A stretch of 63,211 nucleotides of DNA, filler included, from Choristocarpus tenellus KU-1152 (GCA_964200185.2; 12 parts of 12 records of this genome joined end to end with filler, not necessarily neighbours in it); one strand, 5' to 3'; counted from the whole stretch's first letter, positions 39,288 to 51,872 are shown. Notes: generated by a model from the sequence alone, not told the origin. A program made the numbers and translations.

Positions 39288-39563
39288 GTGGAACACATAG
39301 GGGTTGGTGTTCGAGTATGTGGAACAAGGCCTCGGCCAGGGGCGGAGGCTGTAGTACCGGTTGAAGGCGCTAGTGTGACCTTACAATCATTACGGTCTGC
39401 GCTAAGGATGGCTTTGTCACCGACTATCAAGGCCACAGCAGCAAGGTATAGAGGGGTGTTGCAAGGAGAGGATGGGGTGACAACTGCCTGTGAGGAGCTC
39501 TGGGCAAGTGGATGCCTTGGAGGGGCTTTGAGTGGAGGAGGGAACATGGGAAGACAAGTGTGA
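39288..39563 (+). CDS. Terminal exon of a GT-B/GT1 (sterol glucosyltransferase-like) glycosyltransferase
   Basis: Acceptor TAACAG, then VEHIGVG...VTLQSLRSALRMALSPTIKATAARYRGVLQGEDGVTTACEEL. Matches the UGT51/UGT80-type C-terminal pattern GVG..L..Al..A..EDG...A. Confidence 0.7.
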   Translation: MEHIGVGVRVCGTRPRPGAEAVVPVEGASVTLQSLRSALRMALSPTIKATAARYRGVLQGEDGVTTACEELWASGCLGGALSGGGNMGRQV

Positions 39564-41336
39564 TCAATGAGGGGGGACTGTTTGAGAAGTTTTTTCTAGC
39601 AGGTGTGGTTGTACGTCAAGTTACTAGGAAGAAAGTCAAGAGGTGGTTAATATGGTTAATATGGTTGCCGTTAGTTGATGGTGTTGTCCCTCCTTGCATG
39701 AAGAACTCTTTGCTCGTTGGTGGCAGTAAAACACCTTTTTTTTAATTTCTATTCTTATAATATCTTACATCTTATCTCAGTCGATGACCCCTCCAATGAA
39801 AGCAAATTTGAAAACTGTTTTGTGTTAAATTTTGATCTCTGCTCATCATCATCATCATTACTGCTGGAGTGTAGCGATAATCAATTCTGAAATTTCGTGT
39901 GTGCAAAAACATTCAGGGACAACATAAAAAAAAGAGTAAGTATTCCTTTTAAAAAAAATGGTGGCTGAGAGGTATGGTGAGGATGACAATATTTGTTCAT
40001 AATGGTTCTGATCTGCCCACTGAAAGGTGATGATAGCATGTAGCCATAGCCATAGCCATCATCTCTCTCAACACCCCAATACTTTTTTTTCTTTATAGCT
40101 TCCAATCTGTGTAACTATCATGCACGAAGATATATATTTTGAATATGTGGAAGATGGAATATTTTTCACATGTAATTTTTTTTTTTTAATTAATGCGTTG
40201 TTTGCTGCAGTGCTAGTGCTAGGTCATATAGTTAGGCAGGACCTGTGCATCAACACAACCAAATAGACTTTTGCTGGTTTTGATCACTAATATTTTGGCC
40301 AATGAAGTGTTGGGAAGGAGATTTGTTTGATGTTTGATTGGTGCCTGATACTTACCGCCTCTGAGAACTGACTAGAGCTGGGAATACATAGGAAGTGATT
40401 CGATTCAATTGAAGGGACTGGCCTATACTTGGTTGTACCAACCAACCAGTGGGTTAAAGAGAGGTAAGGGTTGGACTTGCAACTGAATCTATTGCAACTG
40501 AATAGATAGGTGGTAAGATCGTTTGTGGAGTTGTGAACCTGCACAAATGACCACCAGCCACGTCTGATCAAGTGCAATCAAGTGGTAACCACATTTTTTG
40601 ATGGACTATATTTGGTAAATCCATCCATCACCTCCCCCCCCCCCACACACACATGCCTCCAAAAATTCCTGTTCGTATTGCATGTGATGGCGTTCACACA
40701 CGTCAATGATATTAGCCTCTACTTTTTTTTGAAACCTCCAGCGAGGGTCCTCACCAGCTATGATCAATCTCACAGCTACACTGACTGAATCAAGGTTGAC
40801 AGAATGTACTCATATGTTGTGTGTGCATGATCCCAGGTGTCAATTCCAAATATATCTGGTGAGGACTGAATCAATTGTACTTGTACATAGCCTCCAAATC
40901 TTCTGAGTTTCAACTCCACAAAGTATGTGTTCAACTTGGGTGCATCAATTAGAGGGGGGAAATGTGCAAAATATCAAGTACATACTTCAACATCAATGAA
41001 GAATAACCAACTCAAAACAAAGCCTTGAAATAAACTGATGTAGCCTGATTCTTGATTAACCTTGACAAGAAACAGTCTCTTTTTTTTTCCTGTAATGATG
41101 AAGAAAGTGTATTAAAAAGCTCCAGGAAATGAGCTGAATTGCTTAGTATTGTATTAATTGGTAAAATATAAAAATGCAGGTGTATCACACTACTCGCTTT
41201 TGATGGAAGTGCCTCAAGGACAGATTGCATAAAGGATCACAACATTACAAGTACAGTAGAATAACAACAAAGTCTGGTGCCATACATGCTATCAATATCT
41301 CCTCTCAAGAAAAAGGAGAATCAAACAATCAAGACC

Positions 41337-41375
<39 letters not shown>

Positions 41376-42381
41376 CGAGAGAGAGAGCACCTCCACCACT
41401 GTGTATCTGAGATATGTCACAGAGCAAGCCTTTTGCCATAACAGAGGCAGAGGTGCAAATTTTAAAAAAAACCCAGCAAACCAGCAACAAGCCGCTGTTT
41501 TCCTGATCAAACAAAAATAATTATACACTATGCACTGATACATGGTTGGCAACTCTCTGCACAAAAACAAGGCATGTCGTAGTCGTAGGAGACGAGGTTA
41601 CTGCCCAATCAGATGAAAAGCACAGGGCCTCTCATGTCAATTATGCCAATCAAATTTCACCATACTAAAAACGCAAAAATAAAAAAACATGGTGGGATGA
41701 TGCCAGAGAGTAAGAGAGCTCTAGTTGAAAACACAAAAAAAAGGTTGGGGATAGGACTTCCTCTACTAATACTATAAACACCCAACCCAAGCCAGGCAAA
41801 AGCTGAGACTAAAAAAAGAGTGAAGGATTATCCCAACTGTATCCCAAGTGCAGTGGGGGGTGCCCTTTATTCACACAGGTTATTTTTTCTTGTGTGAACA
41901 TATCTGGTCCCCAAGACAGCCTGATGCTCCACAAGAAAGGGGTGTACTGAGAGGCATCAGAAGCGATATCCCTCCCTTGACACAGACTTGAACACAAACA
42001 AGCCAGTGGTCGTTTGTGGAGCAGTGGGGGATGTTAACATCCATCTCCCCAGAGGACCTGCTGAACAACCTCTGAGACATGGGATTGTAATATCACAATT
42101 CCCCACTTCTTCCAATTTGGTCTATGCCTCTGTTTTGAGATACATGGATGCGATGTCAATATCCAGTGTGAAACGATTGACCTCACCCACCAAGATAGCA
42201 TATCCTAGATAATAAACCACACACAACTAAACACTGAGGCAAAGCAAGCACCCCCCCCCCCCCCAACACAAAAAAGAGCCACCACGTACCCCCACAAAAC
42301 AAACAGGGCCCACGCAAGCACACCCCCCACACCACCCCCCACAGCTGCTTCCACTGTTGTTTCTCCCCTCGACCAAGTCAA

Positions 42382-44616
42382 TCACGTGTTCTCCACAACA
42401 CCATAGAGCACAGCTATCAGTCCCAACAGCAGCAGAACACACATGATATCCACACAAAACTTATCCGCTGATCGAACCTTCTTGAGCACCGTCTGTGAGG
42501 GGGGGAGGGGGGAAGGAGGGGAAGAGGAACCAGGAATCAATCAAATCTGTCCAGGTCCAGGTCCAGGTCCAGGTTGGCAATAGAACCAGAGAGTCAAAAA
42601 GGGGTACAACCAAACAGCGATAGGGCATGGGCATCATCCAAATCAAACCCTTCACAGGTACGTACGTCTATCCTATAACCCTATAACCCTAACCCTAACA
42701 ATTGAACAACAGACAGCACAAGAACGCCTTGCAGGAACCATTGTGTTCTAACCTCACCTTCATTCGTAAGTTGACATTTTCAACATGGTCCTGGGCAGTG
42801 TCGATACGGTTCCCTAGGTCGTCAATCATCCGGTCCTGAACCTTCAGTTCCTGTTTTTGGACCAAGAGAAGTGCAGACAGCAACGGGAGCAATGTTGAAG
42901 TGCAGACAGCAATGTTGAAGTGTGAACCAAAACACCTACGCTTGACATGTCCATAATCAATACACTGGTTGGTGCAACTGTTGTAGTTAACAGCGAAAGA
43001 GTGACCAATAGCCTTGCACTAGCCCTTGGATGATGACTACTAATGTGGTGGTGCACAGAAGGGTTACCCTAACCCTAACCCTTATGTATATAGATAGGCT
43101 TAACAAAAATATATCCCGGGGGCAGGAACGTTAACTTGGAATACAAACACACACACGTGGTCCCAACGTCCGCAACAGAACCAAAAAGAGGCTACTATTA
43201 GTGTTACCGCTTTAACTTTAATCCCAGGCATATACTATTGATTGATAATACATGGCATCAACATCAACATCTACTAGTCAACCTGACAGTCGTCACTTGC
43301 AGATCCAAGAGGACATGTCCATGGACATCATCCCCTGCACCTTATCCTCCCTACCATCATTTTAGGGTTAAAATCTGAATCTGGGGTGTTTACCCCAAAG
43401 TCTCTGGAATCACCAGGACAACACCCCACCCGCTGACACCAGATTTCTATCAATAGCTCTCATGTCAACATCTACACAAGTACTGCATAGTTTGGGTCTA
43501 TGGTACACCATTTCAAGATACAGGAGGGTAGATCAGTGGATACACTCAAGGGTCTCAACATTGCGCAGCATACTTCTACAAAATATCTGAAAAAAGAAGC
43601 TTTAAGACAACAAGCACACCAAGGTCTTTGGGTCTCTGACTGGTGTCCCCAAGAGAATGATAACCAATAACATACCCAGTAATAGAAAGGTGTAAACGAT
43701 TCCAAATAATGCAATAGTGAACACAGAACACAGAAGACATAAACATTGGAGCTCCGCAGGAACACACCATGTCTTGCTGATGCCCCTGTGATCAAACACA
43801 TCAAACACATCAAACACACCAAAACCTTGTACTACACACCTACTACCAAGTTAGAAAACTCACCATCAGTATATGTATAAAGAAAACTTGAATTCATGGA
43901 GATGGATAGCCAACCTCTTTCTCACAAAACAAAACTAAGGGCGGATCAATATAGCACACCCGCCTTCCAAGCTTGAAGTAGTACAAGAATCTTGCACCAC
44001 AGAAGAACATTGTACAAATGTCCCCAGCAAAGAGGTCTAGTCCACCCAACATTCCATGGCATCAACACTAAAAACAACAGTAAGCGGAGTGCATGATACA
44101 CATAGAATAGACACACAAATACTTTCATATGTAACGTAGGCTCTGCACTAGAGCCCACCACTGCAGGAAACAAAAATAGTCAACAATACTGGAAACAAAC
44201 ACCTTTCCAAGGTATTGCAACCCCTTTGCATGGGGCCTGCACCAACGTGTACGCGTAGTAAAACTCAATTGTCCAACACACAACACACACACAACACAGC
44301 AAGGTCTAAAGCCCACACAGAACAAAAAGGGACTGACCTAACAAGTAAGGGGATGAAATTGTGCACAAGAAGATCATGAAATCAAATCTCATTACCATCA
44401 GCAGTGAAAATATCAAAACAAAGGGTCTTGCAACAACAGCCTCAATCTAACCCCTTAGACGTCTGCAATAGCATTAACAACACAAAAGTGAAAGCACTCT
44501 CCAGTGATGTGACACCAGACCTGATTTATATTCTTAGCCAAATCGCCCAGCCTCTCCACATGCTCCTCAACCACTGTGAGATACTTATCCTCCATCTCCT
44601 TCTTGCGTTCACGTAT
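42382..44616 (-). CDS. SYP7-family (SYP71-like) Qc-SNARE, last three exons
   Basis: Exons 44616-44521 (IRERKKEMEDKYLTVVEEHVERLGDLAKNINQ), 42850-42758 (ELKVQDRMIDDLGNRIDTAQDHVENVNLRMK), 42492-42382 (TVLKKVRSADKFCVDIMCVLLLLGLIAVLYGVVENT*). SNARE coil with Q layer, FCxDI signature and C-terminal TM anchor. Confidence 0.88.
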
Positions 44617-45525
44617 CTGACACGTGGGGGGGGGGGGGGGGGGCGGGGGGCCAGGAAGCGCGGGGGCCGCCCGTTTGCTATATCAAACAGGCTGAATGAT
44701 ACCCGTACTTCTGCCCTCCTACGTTTTGTATTTTTTTCGCCCCCTTCTCTTTGGTGTTCTGGTGTGGATGGGGGGGGGGGGGGGGGGGGGGGGGGCATAG
44801 GGCCATGAAGCGCAGTGGCCGCACTGTTGCTATATCAAACATGCTGAATGATAACTGTACCACAGTCACTGTCAACCAGTATCGAAGGATTAAATCGGCC
44901 ACAGCTAGTCATTGATTATGGACCAATATTACACTAAGAGACAATTAAAAAAAGCTCAAGAATAGCATCCCAGTGTGTTGAACTTCAAGTAGGTACACAC
45001 ACCACAACCAGGTCAGTGATGACAATGAGAGTCCAAGGTAGTTACCACAAGGTAAGTCACAACAAACGAGCACCTAGTAACAATAGTAAGAAAAAACGAC
45101 TTACCTTATTGGATAATACCAATAGTAAATAAAATAATGTCAATTACTGAAAGCAACAGACACAACACGCCATCAACATGCCACAACACACAATGGGAAC
45201 CCCCCCCTTCCCCAACCTACCAAAGTCCTGCAAAGCATCATGCACAATTACCATAGCCACCACCTATAGCCATCACACACAAAGGACTCTTTCAAAAAAG
45301 TGTCATGAACACGCTTGAGTACCAATCATACTCTGTACTGGAACATTAAAACATCGATGGCTCAAAGCATCGGGGGGGGGGGGGGGGGGGGAGGGGTGGA
45401 TAGTTGGGAGGGGGGGGGGGGGGGGNNNNNNNNNNNNNNNNNNNNNNNNNNNNNNNNNNNNNNNNNNNNTTAATTAATTAANNNNNNNNNNNNNNNNNNN
45501 NNNNNNNNNNNNNNNNNNNNNNNNN

Positions 45526-45605
45526 ACCAAATCACCCAAAAATCAAAACATGAAAAAATTGACCTCAAATGGACAGCCTCCACCCCCTCCCAGATACTTT
45601 GAGCC
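45526..45605. mobile_element. MITE family A, right half at the contig start; further termini at 12164-12176, 12277-12300, 45359-45425, 58756-58773
   Basis: ACCAAATCACCCAAAAATC..AAATGGACAGCC..CCAGATACTTTGAGCC. Confidence 0.85.
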
Positions 45606-45609
45606 TGGA

Positions 45610-47160
45610 GTACTTTGTGCAATATTCGTTGATTTTGGTGCAGCGCTTGCGGTCGAAATCGATGCTTCATCTGTCCCTGAACCCAATGTTGACCTTTGAG
45701 GTATCTTCCTTCACTCCACGACCAAATCGAGCTCCCACATATATTGTTGGGGCCACGGATTGCAAGGTAGAAGCTATGAACAACTAGCGTGACCTTAGTG
45801 TGAACTGCAAAACCGAATAAATCCTCTCTAAACTATTGAAGCAAAGGTGGGGAGGTTGGTGACCTAGTGGTACTGATGGACATCTTGCACTGCTACCATA
45901 ATCCAACACCCGTCTTGACACTCAGATATGAATATCCCGCTAAGATATGAAGTATCATCCGAATACCTTCGGTTACATATTACTGTATATCGTACTCCGC
46001 ACACTCCCCATGAGAGTGGAAGCAATAGAATACAGATTGCTTCAACTCTCACAAAGTATATTCATCTCATTAGATGCAGTACCTAAATAAGTCTTCTACC
46101 TTCTATTTCCATTGGCGCTTTCTAACTATTTCAGCAAGTTCCAGACCATTAGGTATGTGCTTCACTACAAATAATCCCTGGCTCACGTATTCTCTTGTGC
46201 ATTTTGACATCATGTCTACATGCCTCCTTCTTCCATTAAACCTCATAGTTGTCCCTGCCTAGATCGTCCCTCAGTTATTCCATACCAAGTCGTAACCCTT
46301 TGAGGTACGCTAAGCTCCCCCAAGATTCCTCTGATGAATAGTGCGTGTCTCGTCCCTTGTACCACTGCTGTTCGCTCTTCTTCTGAGCTAGAACGATTAC
46401 TGCTCCCTCCAATTTCGACTTACACATGATCGATGTTCCATTGAACAAGAGTAGGTATCCTGTGAAGGTCCATCTCGATACAGGATCATTGGCCGCATCC
46501 GAGTCTCCATACATACCCAATGAGCACATTGCTTTCTGTTTCTCCTTCAGTGGAATAATTCATCCCCAAATTGGTGTAGCCTGCAACGTAACGCAGCACA
46601 TGTTGGAGTCCTTTCCAGCGCCGCTTGCATGGTGATGAAGCAGCGCGACCTAGTTCCGTCACAGAGCTGGAGAGATCTGATGGTGTCATTCCTACGAGGA
46701 ACATCAGTCTCCCCAAATTGGTGTGATAGGGGAAATATTCTTTGTCTAGTTCCTGCTCGTCCTCACTTATGGTGGTTCAAAGTATCTGGGGGGGGGGGGG
46801 AGGGGGTCTACACCAGGGTGTCCATTCGGACCCTGACCAGGAGAAGTGCACCTACATTATATCAATCAGAGGCATGCAACCAAATTCACCCAAAAATCAC
46901 GACATGGAAAAAAGATCCCCGAATGGACAGCCGCCACCCCCCTCCAGATACTTTGAGTCGGTTTCAAGTCCATTCCTGGCTCCAATTGTGATCCTGTTGA
47001 TCGTACCTCCATTGATCCCACGCCTTCTGTGACGATACTCTTTGCAAGCAGTTGTTGATATATTGTGATACCAGCCAGTCTTATCTTTGTTGATCGCTAC
47101 TCCGACCAACTTGTGCGGGGTGCCAACGTTCTTCCCTTCATTCTTCTTGAGCAGTAATGA
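45610..47160 (-). mobile_element. Decayed Ty1/Copia LTR retrotransposon (RT C-terminus, RNase H, probable PPT and 3' LTR)
   Basis: GRLMFLVGMTPSDLSSSVTELGR..WKGLQHVLRYVAG; GDSDAANDPVSRWTFTGYLLLFNG..CKSK; RRHVD..REYV..VKHIP..AE. GGGGAG followed by TG at ~46010-46002 is a candidate PPT/LTR start. Confidence 0.85.
46774..46959. mobile_element. MITE family A nested in the Copia RT
   Basis: TIRs GGTTCAAAGTATCTGG and CCAGATACTTTGAGTC; TSD GGT/GGT. Confidence 0.93.
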
Positions 47161-48104
47161 TTTCGTTAGTTCTCAGGTAGTGCTCTGTGTAGAGGCTTGA
47201 AGACTTAATGTGAAGGGGGTGACAGAGCGCCCGGAAGCACGAATGACTTCAGAGTGATGAATCTTGTGACATACTCTAGATAGTGGCAGATTGAATAATG
47301 TGATGTCATGTGCTGTTCCTTAGTGCATTTAAACAAAATGATACATGCTCTGTGTAGAGGCGTATTAACTCTGAATATATCTCATCCAGTTAGTTATGTA
47401 TCGAGTACACTTCAAGCGGAGTGAGTTCGAAGTCTAAGTGGTACAAGTACAAGCAAAAAAAACATTATATGCGATTGCGATAGCCATCTCCCAACTAAGA
47501 TGTACCTTTAAGGTGGCCTGCCCTTGAGAAGGTACACTTCAAGATCTGTGACCTCATGTGACATATGCATTTGCTCATTGAATAAATATCGGTTGGTTTG
47601 AGTGGACCTTGCAAACCCCCCTCATTCACTTTTTGCCTGTTCACTCGTCGTCCCTGAGAGATTACTCGCCCTCTTGCCTTGTCTCCCTCCATTCCCTTCC
47701 TCCTGTGGGTGTTCCAGTTCCCCTTCTTTGAAGAACCTGTCTGCCTGTTTCCACTTGTTTCACAAGATACAACTGTTATTTCTTCTGCGAACGAAAAAAT
47801 AATGAAAATGCCTGAAGCAAGTTCCGAGTCAACTCATGCGTCACATACTGAGTTGATATGTTGAAGGATGTCTGCCAATTCCAGGGGTCTAGTATGCTCT
47901 AGTTGTACATTCTGCAACATAAAGTCGCCCTCACATACTGCGTGGACCTACACATGATCGATATAACTGTTTACACACTAAGTACTAGTACTAGTGTGTG
48001 AACGAATCAACAGTCAATATTATTTGGTGGTACTGTACAGTATCTGTGTACTAAGAAGAGAGTAGTCCATTTTTTAACCTACATGTTACGTAAGAATATT
48101 TTTC

Positions 48105-48662
48105 ATGTTCGAAACGACGAACTTCTGGATTGTCGTACACCCTCTTACCGTATCAACCTTTACATTCAACAACTGGGCAGGAAGATCATCAATTTCATCT
48201 ACGACTCTACATGTGGTAAGTTTTGAGCGCCACGGTAAGCAAGCTGAAAGTTTTCTGCGTGAGTTGGCTACGTACTTGGTAGGGGGAGGAGAGGGCCGGA
48301 ACTTTACAGGAGGAACGGACCTTTCAAAGTCTGTTTTCAACAAAGTGGTTATATGAAGACGTGTCATGCGTTTTAAGCTGGAGACATCAGGGAGATGAGC
48401 AAGGAGCGGCCTGTCAGATTATTGGGATCCTTCCCTAGTTCCTTGCCCTGTGGTGTGGGGTTAAGCTAGGTTGGAGGCGTACCAGGGGAGTGGTGTAGTA
48501 TAGCTGGTAGTCAAATAGTAAGTATATTATGGAGAGATACCTTTCATACTTATGACACCTGTTACCTTTATAGAGGTCTTTAGAATATTGAGTAGTTGGC
48601 TTCCTCCCCGACACATCTGTGAAATATTGTATGTGAGGGCCACATTCCACAGAAGGTATACC
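48105..48662 (+). mobile_element. 3' remnant of a CRE-like non-LTR retrotransposon (restriction-like endonuclease region)
   Basis: IVVHPL...VVSFERHGKQAESFLRELATYLVGG resembles the RLE C-terminus (DVTVVHP..P..FE..G....A..FL..LA). The downstream tail recurs at 11945-12150. Confidence 0.6.
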
Positions 48663-48907
48663 NNNNNNNNNNNNNNNNNNNNNNNNNNNNNNNNNNNNNN
48701 NNNNNNTTAATTAATTAANNNNNNNNNNNNNNNNNNNNNNNNNNNNNNNNNNNNNNNNNNNNCCCTTCCGTTCTCCTTTGGCTCCTCCCACCATTCTTTC
48801 CCCTCTTTTTTTTTTTTATTTTTTGCCCCCCCCCCCCCCCCCCCCCCCAATCTCCCCGTGCTGTTTGTATGTCGGGGGAACAATCTCTGTGCCTGTATAT
48901 TGAGCAG

Positions 48908-51872
48908 ACAGGGGAATAGGGATTCCTCCAGTGATTACAGTGTTCTCTGCTCCTAACTATTGTGATAGGTATGGTAACAGGGCTGCCGTCTTGGAGCTGG
49001 AGAGGGACAAGTTGGAGCCCACAGTGAAACACTTTGAGTGTGTTGATCACCCTGACAGGATGGCACGGCCTGACAGGTGACAAGACAGATTGATGACAAG
49101 ATAGATTGATGACAAGATAGATTGATAACAAGATAGATTGATGACAAGACAGATTGATGACAAGATAGATTGATAACAAGATAGATTGATGACAAGACAG
49201 ATTGATGACAAGACAGATTGATGACAAGATAGATTGATGGGTACTACAAACTGTATGTGTACTAGAGGGTTTTGCAGAGGTATTATCAAGGGTTATTTTT
49301 TATATATTTTTTTTAGTGTATTTGAATGTAATGCGAAAATGGTGATGGGTATGGCGGTGGAACTTCCTTGGAACTTCCTTGGAACGAACCTGTTGCAACT
49401 TTTTGAAGATCGCGATACTGCTCTGCTTTATTGAAGATCTTTCTTTTCTGTTTTATTTTATTTTTTGTATTTTGTTACTTAGATTTTTTAATTATTATTT
49501 CACTGTTTCATTATTATTATATGGAGATTTTGTTGCTGCGATTGCCATGTCGCACAACTTCATGTTTTTGGTAGATAGTGTGTGTTTTTTTGGCCTTTTC
49601 ATCGTCTTTTTTTTATTTTATGATCTAGTGTTCATGTATGCACTGGCTATCACTTTTTTAAAAATGAATTTTATTTTTCATATTTTATGATGCTCGTAGG
49701 CAGGAAGAAACATTATGTTGATGCATTCCAATGCGTCCCTGTCTGTGTATGCTGTGGGTGGATGCAATACCGCCTTCCGTTGTATACAACTCAAAATAAA
49801 TTATGCGATTTCCTTATTTGCACATCAAGCACAACAAAAAAGTGTTCTGTGTTCTGTGCTGTGTTCTGTGTTGAGTTCTGTGTTATGTGTTCTGTGTTCT
49901 GTGTTGAGTTCTGTGTTGAGTTCTGTGTTGTGTTCTGGGTTCTGTGTTCTGTGTCCCCTTTTTTTTGTCCTGTACAAGAGCGTGTTCAATCTACAACACT
50001 CCATCGCTTTATTTTTATCATTTACACCTTTTGTTTGTTTATTTTTATCGTTGACACTTTATTTTTTTCATATCATGACAATAACAAAAAAAAATTAAAC
50101 GAAAAAAAAGGTCCGAGGTTCACCTGACAGCCCTCATTGAGGCGTGTCCATACATGCCCACTACCTTTAGGGACTTTGTCAAGCTTGCAGGAAGAATGGG
50201 TCCAGCGCAGCCCCTTGTGGTAAGACCCTGGTGTTGCCGTCCTCTCTCCCTCCCTCATTCCCTTTGCATCCACAGTGACCTTTTTGGGTATTGTATCTGC
50301 TGTATGTGTGTATGGGAGGCTGGCTGTTGGTGCTGTGTCTGTAGAAGGAGACACAAAGAGGAGTTACAATGTTCATTTTTTGTTGTTGCTTGTATATTGT
50401 GAATTTGTTTTATTTATTTTTAATGTGTGAAAGAAAATGTTTTGTTCAAATATTTTTATTGCTTCCTCTCTCTCTCTCTCTCTCTCTCCCCTCCCCCTCT
50501 CCTTGTTTGTTCTTCATCACATTGTTATTGTTCTTTCAAATGCATTGATGCGGAGAGAGGGTCGTTTTAGTTCCATGAGTTTTTTTTTTTTTAACGATAT
50601 TGATTAAAAAATATAAATAAAAAATGGAGGAGTTTCTTTTTTTTATTGCTGAGTGTTGTTTTTTAGTCACACTTTTTTTTTTTCAACGTACGCGTGGAGT
50701 GGTGACAAGTGGTTTTTATATTTTTATAGTGGTGATTATCGAGTGATAAGAAAGTAAAAAAATGGTTACGTAGGAGGAGTGTGTGGTGTGTGGGGATTTT
50801 TTTTTTTCCTTTTTTTTTCCTTTTTTCTTTAAAATTTTGAAGTAAAAGAGAGTATATTTTGTGCGATACGTGATTTCGTGGTTTGTTTTAGCTTTAAAAT
50901 AATGTTCTAGATAGTGAAAAAGAACAAAAATATATGTTGTATTACAGAACAAAATATACATCTCTCTCTCTATATATATATATATATATAATATATATAT
51001 ATATTATATATTATGATACTATATATTATATATTGTATATTATGATACTATAAAGTATCTTAGAGGGTCGAGCCGCGTCCATTTGAGGGCCAAAATCCAA
51101 GGTTGCAATTTTGATGTAATTTTGGCTATCGTGTTTATTAGGAGATGTCAATATCCATCATGCTCCGGACACGCCTTTGCATAACATATACACTTTACCT
51201 AATCCGAAACAATTTGGAGCAGGTAAAATGTCATTAAAAACCCGTGGGAAGTCAAAAGCCCAAAATAGGACAAACTGGGAAAAAATTGTATCCTCTAGGA
51301 TACTTTCACTCTTGTGTTGGAGTAGTTGTGTTGCCCTCGTGTCATGTTTTACGATGTACCTACTGTGGTGTTTGTAGTGTGTGCATTAGGATAAAAGGTA
51401 ATAAATAGTACGACATGAAATCCTTTTTGAAGTATTGAGATCGAACTTCTATTGAATACGATTCCGGCAGTATAATAAGATAGATCCCTTCTTAGAATTG
51501 ACGTGAAAGGCGTTTTTTTCTCTGTTTTTGTTTTCCTGTGTATGGTCATCCATCCCTTGAGCATCATTTAAAAAAAGATATGTATGTATCCTTTTTTTTT
51601 ATTATTATTTTTTGTTTTTTGTGCTGATGTAAAGTTTTTTTTTTTTTTTTTTTTTGTTCTCATGTTTGAATTTTTTTTTTTTGTCTTTGTGGCTCTCTCT
51701 CCGCTTGGGGTACTCTTGTTAGGAGGTGATGGTGGAGGAGGGGAGTGAAAATGACAGTGCCAAGGGAGGCAGTGTGAACCCCGGGATGGTCCTTGAAGCC
51801 TCACTATTAGATTTGGAGTACATCTCTGCCATAAGCTCTGAGCCGCCCACTCCGATGGAAACACCTGGCAAG
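48908..51872 (+). CDS. Calcineurin-A (PP2B)-like Ser/Thr phosphatase, internal exons
   Basis: Exon 48908-49076 PPVITVFSAPNYCDRYGNRAAVLELE..KHFECVDHP carries the PPP SAPNY motif. Exons 50111-50219 (SEVHLTALIEACPYMPTTFRDFVKLA) and 51723-51872 follow in phase. Confidence 0.85.
49078..49237. repeat. 16-bp minisatellite x10 (TGACAAGAYAGATTGA)
   Basis: Ten near-perfect units starting at the T of the intron donor GT. Confidence 0.95.
51052..51311. mobile_element. MITE family B (left end eroded by a TA-rich repeat)
   Basis: AAAGTATCTTAGAGGGTC...TCCTCTAGGATACTTTCACTC; colinear with 23358-23616. Confidence 0.88.

Noticed and set aside
44625-44860. Local ~60-bp duplication flanked by poly-G
   Set aside because: The first copy looks like a G/C-error-laden version of the second next to G homopolymers; probably a sequencing or assembly artefact.
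47880-47960. Helitron helicase motif (GRLYVA)
   Set aside because: A single short match without supporting Pif1 or Rep motifs.
49078-49237. CRISPR-like arrays at 49078-49237, 61888-62029 and 11594-11918
   Set aside because: Head-to-tail tandem units without unique spacers, no cas genes, and a eukaryotic context.
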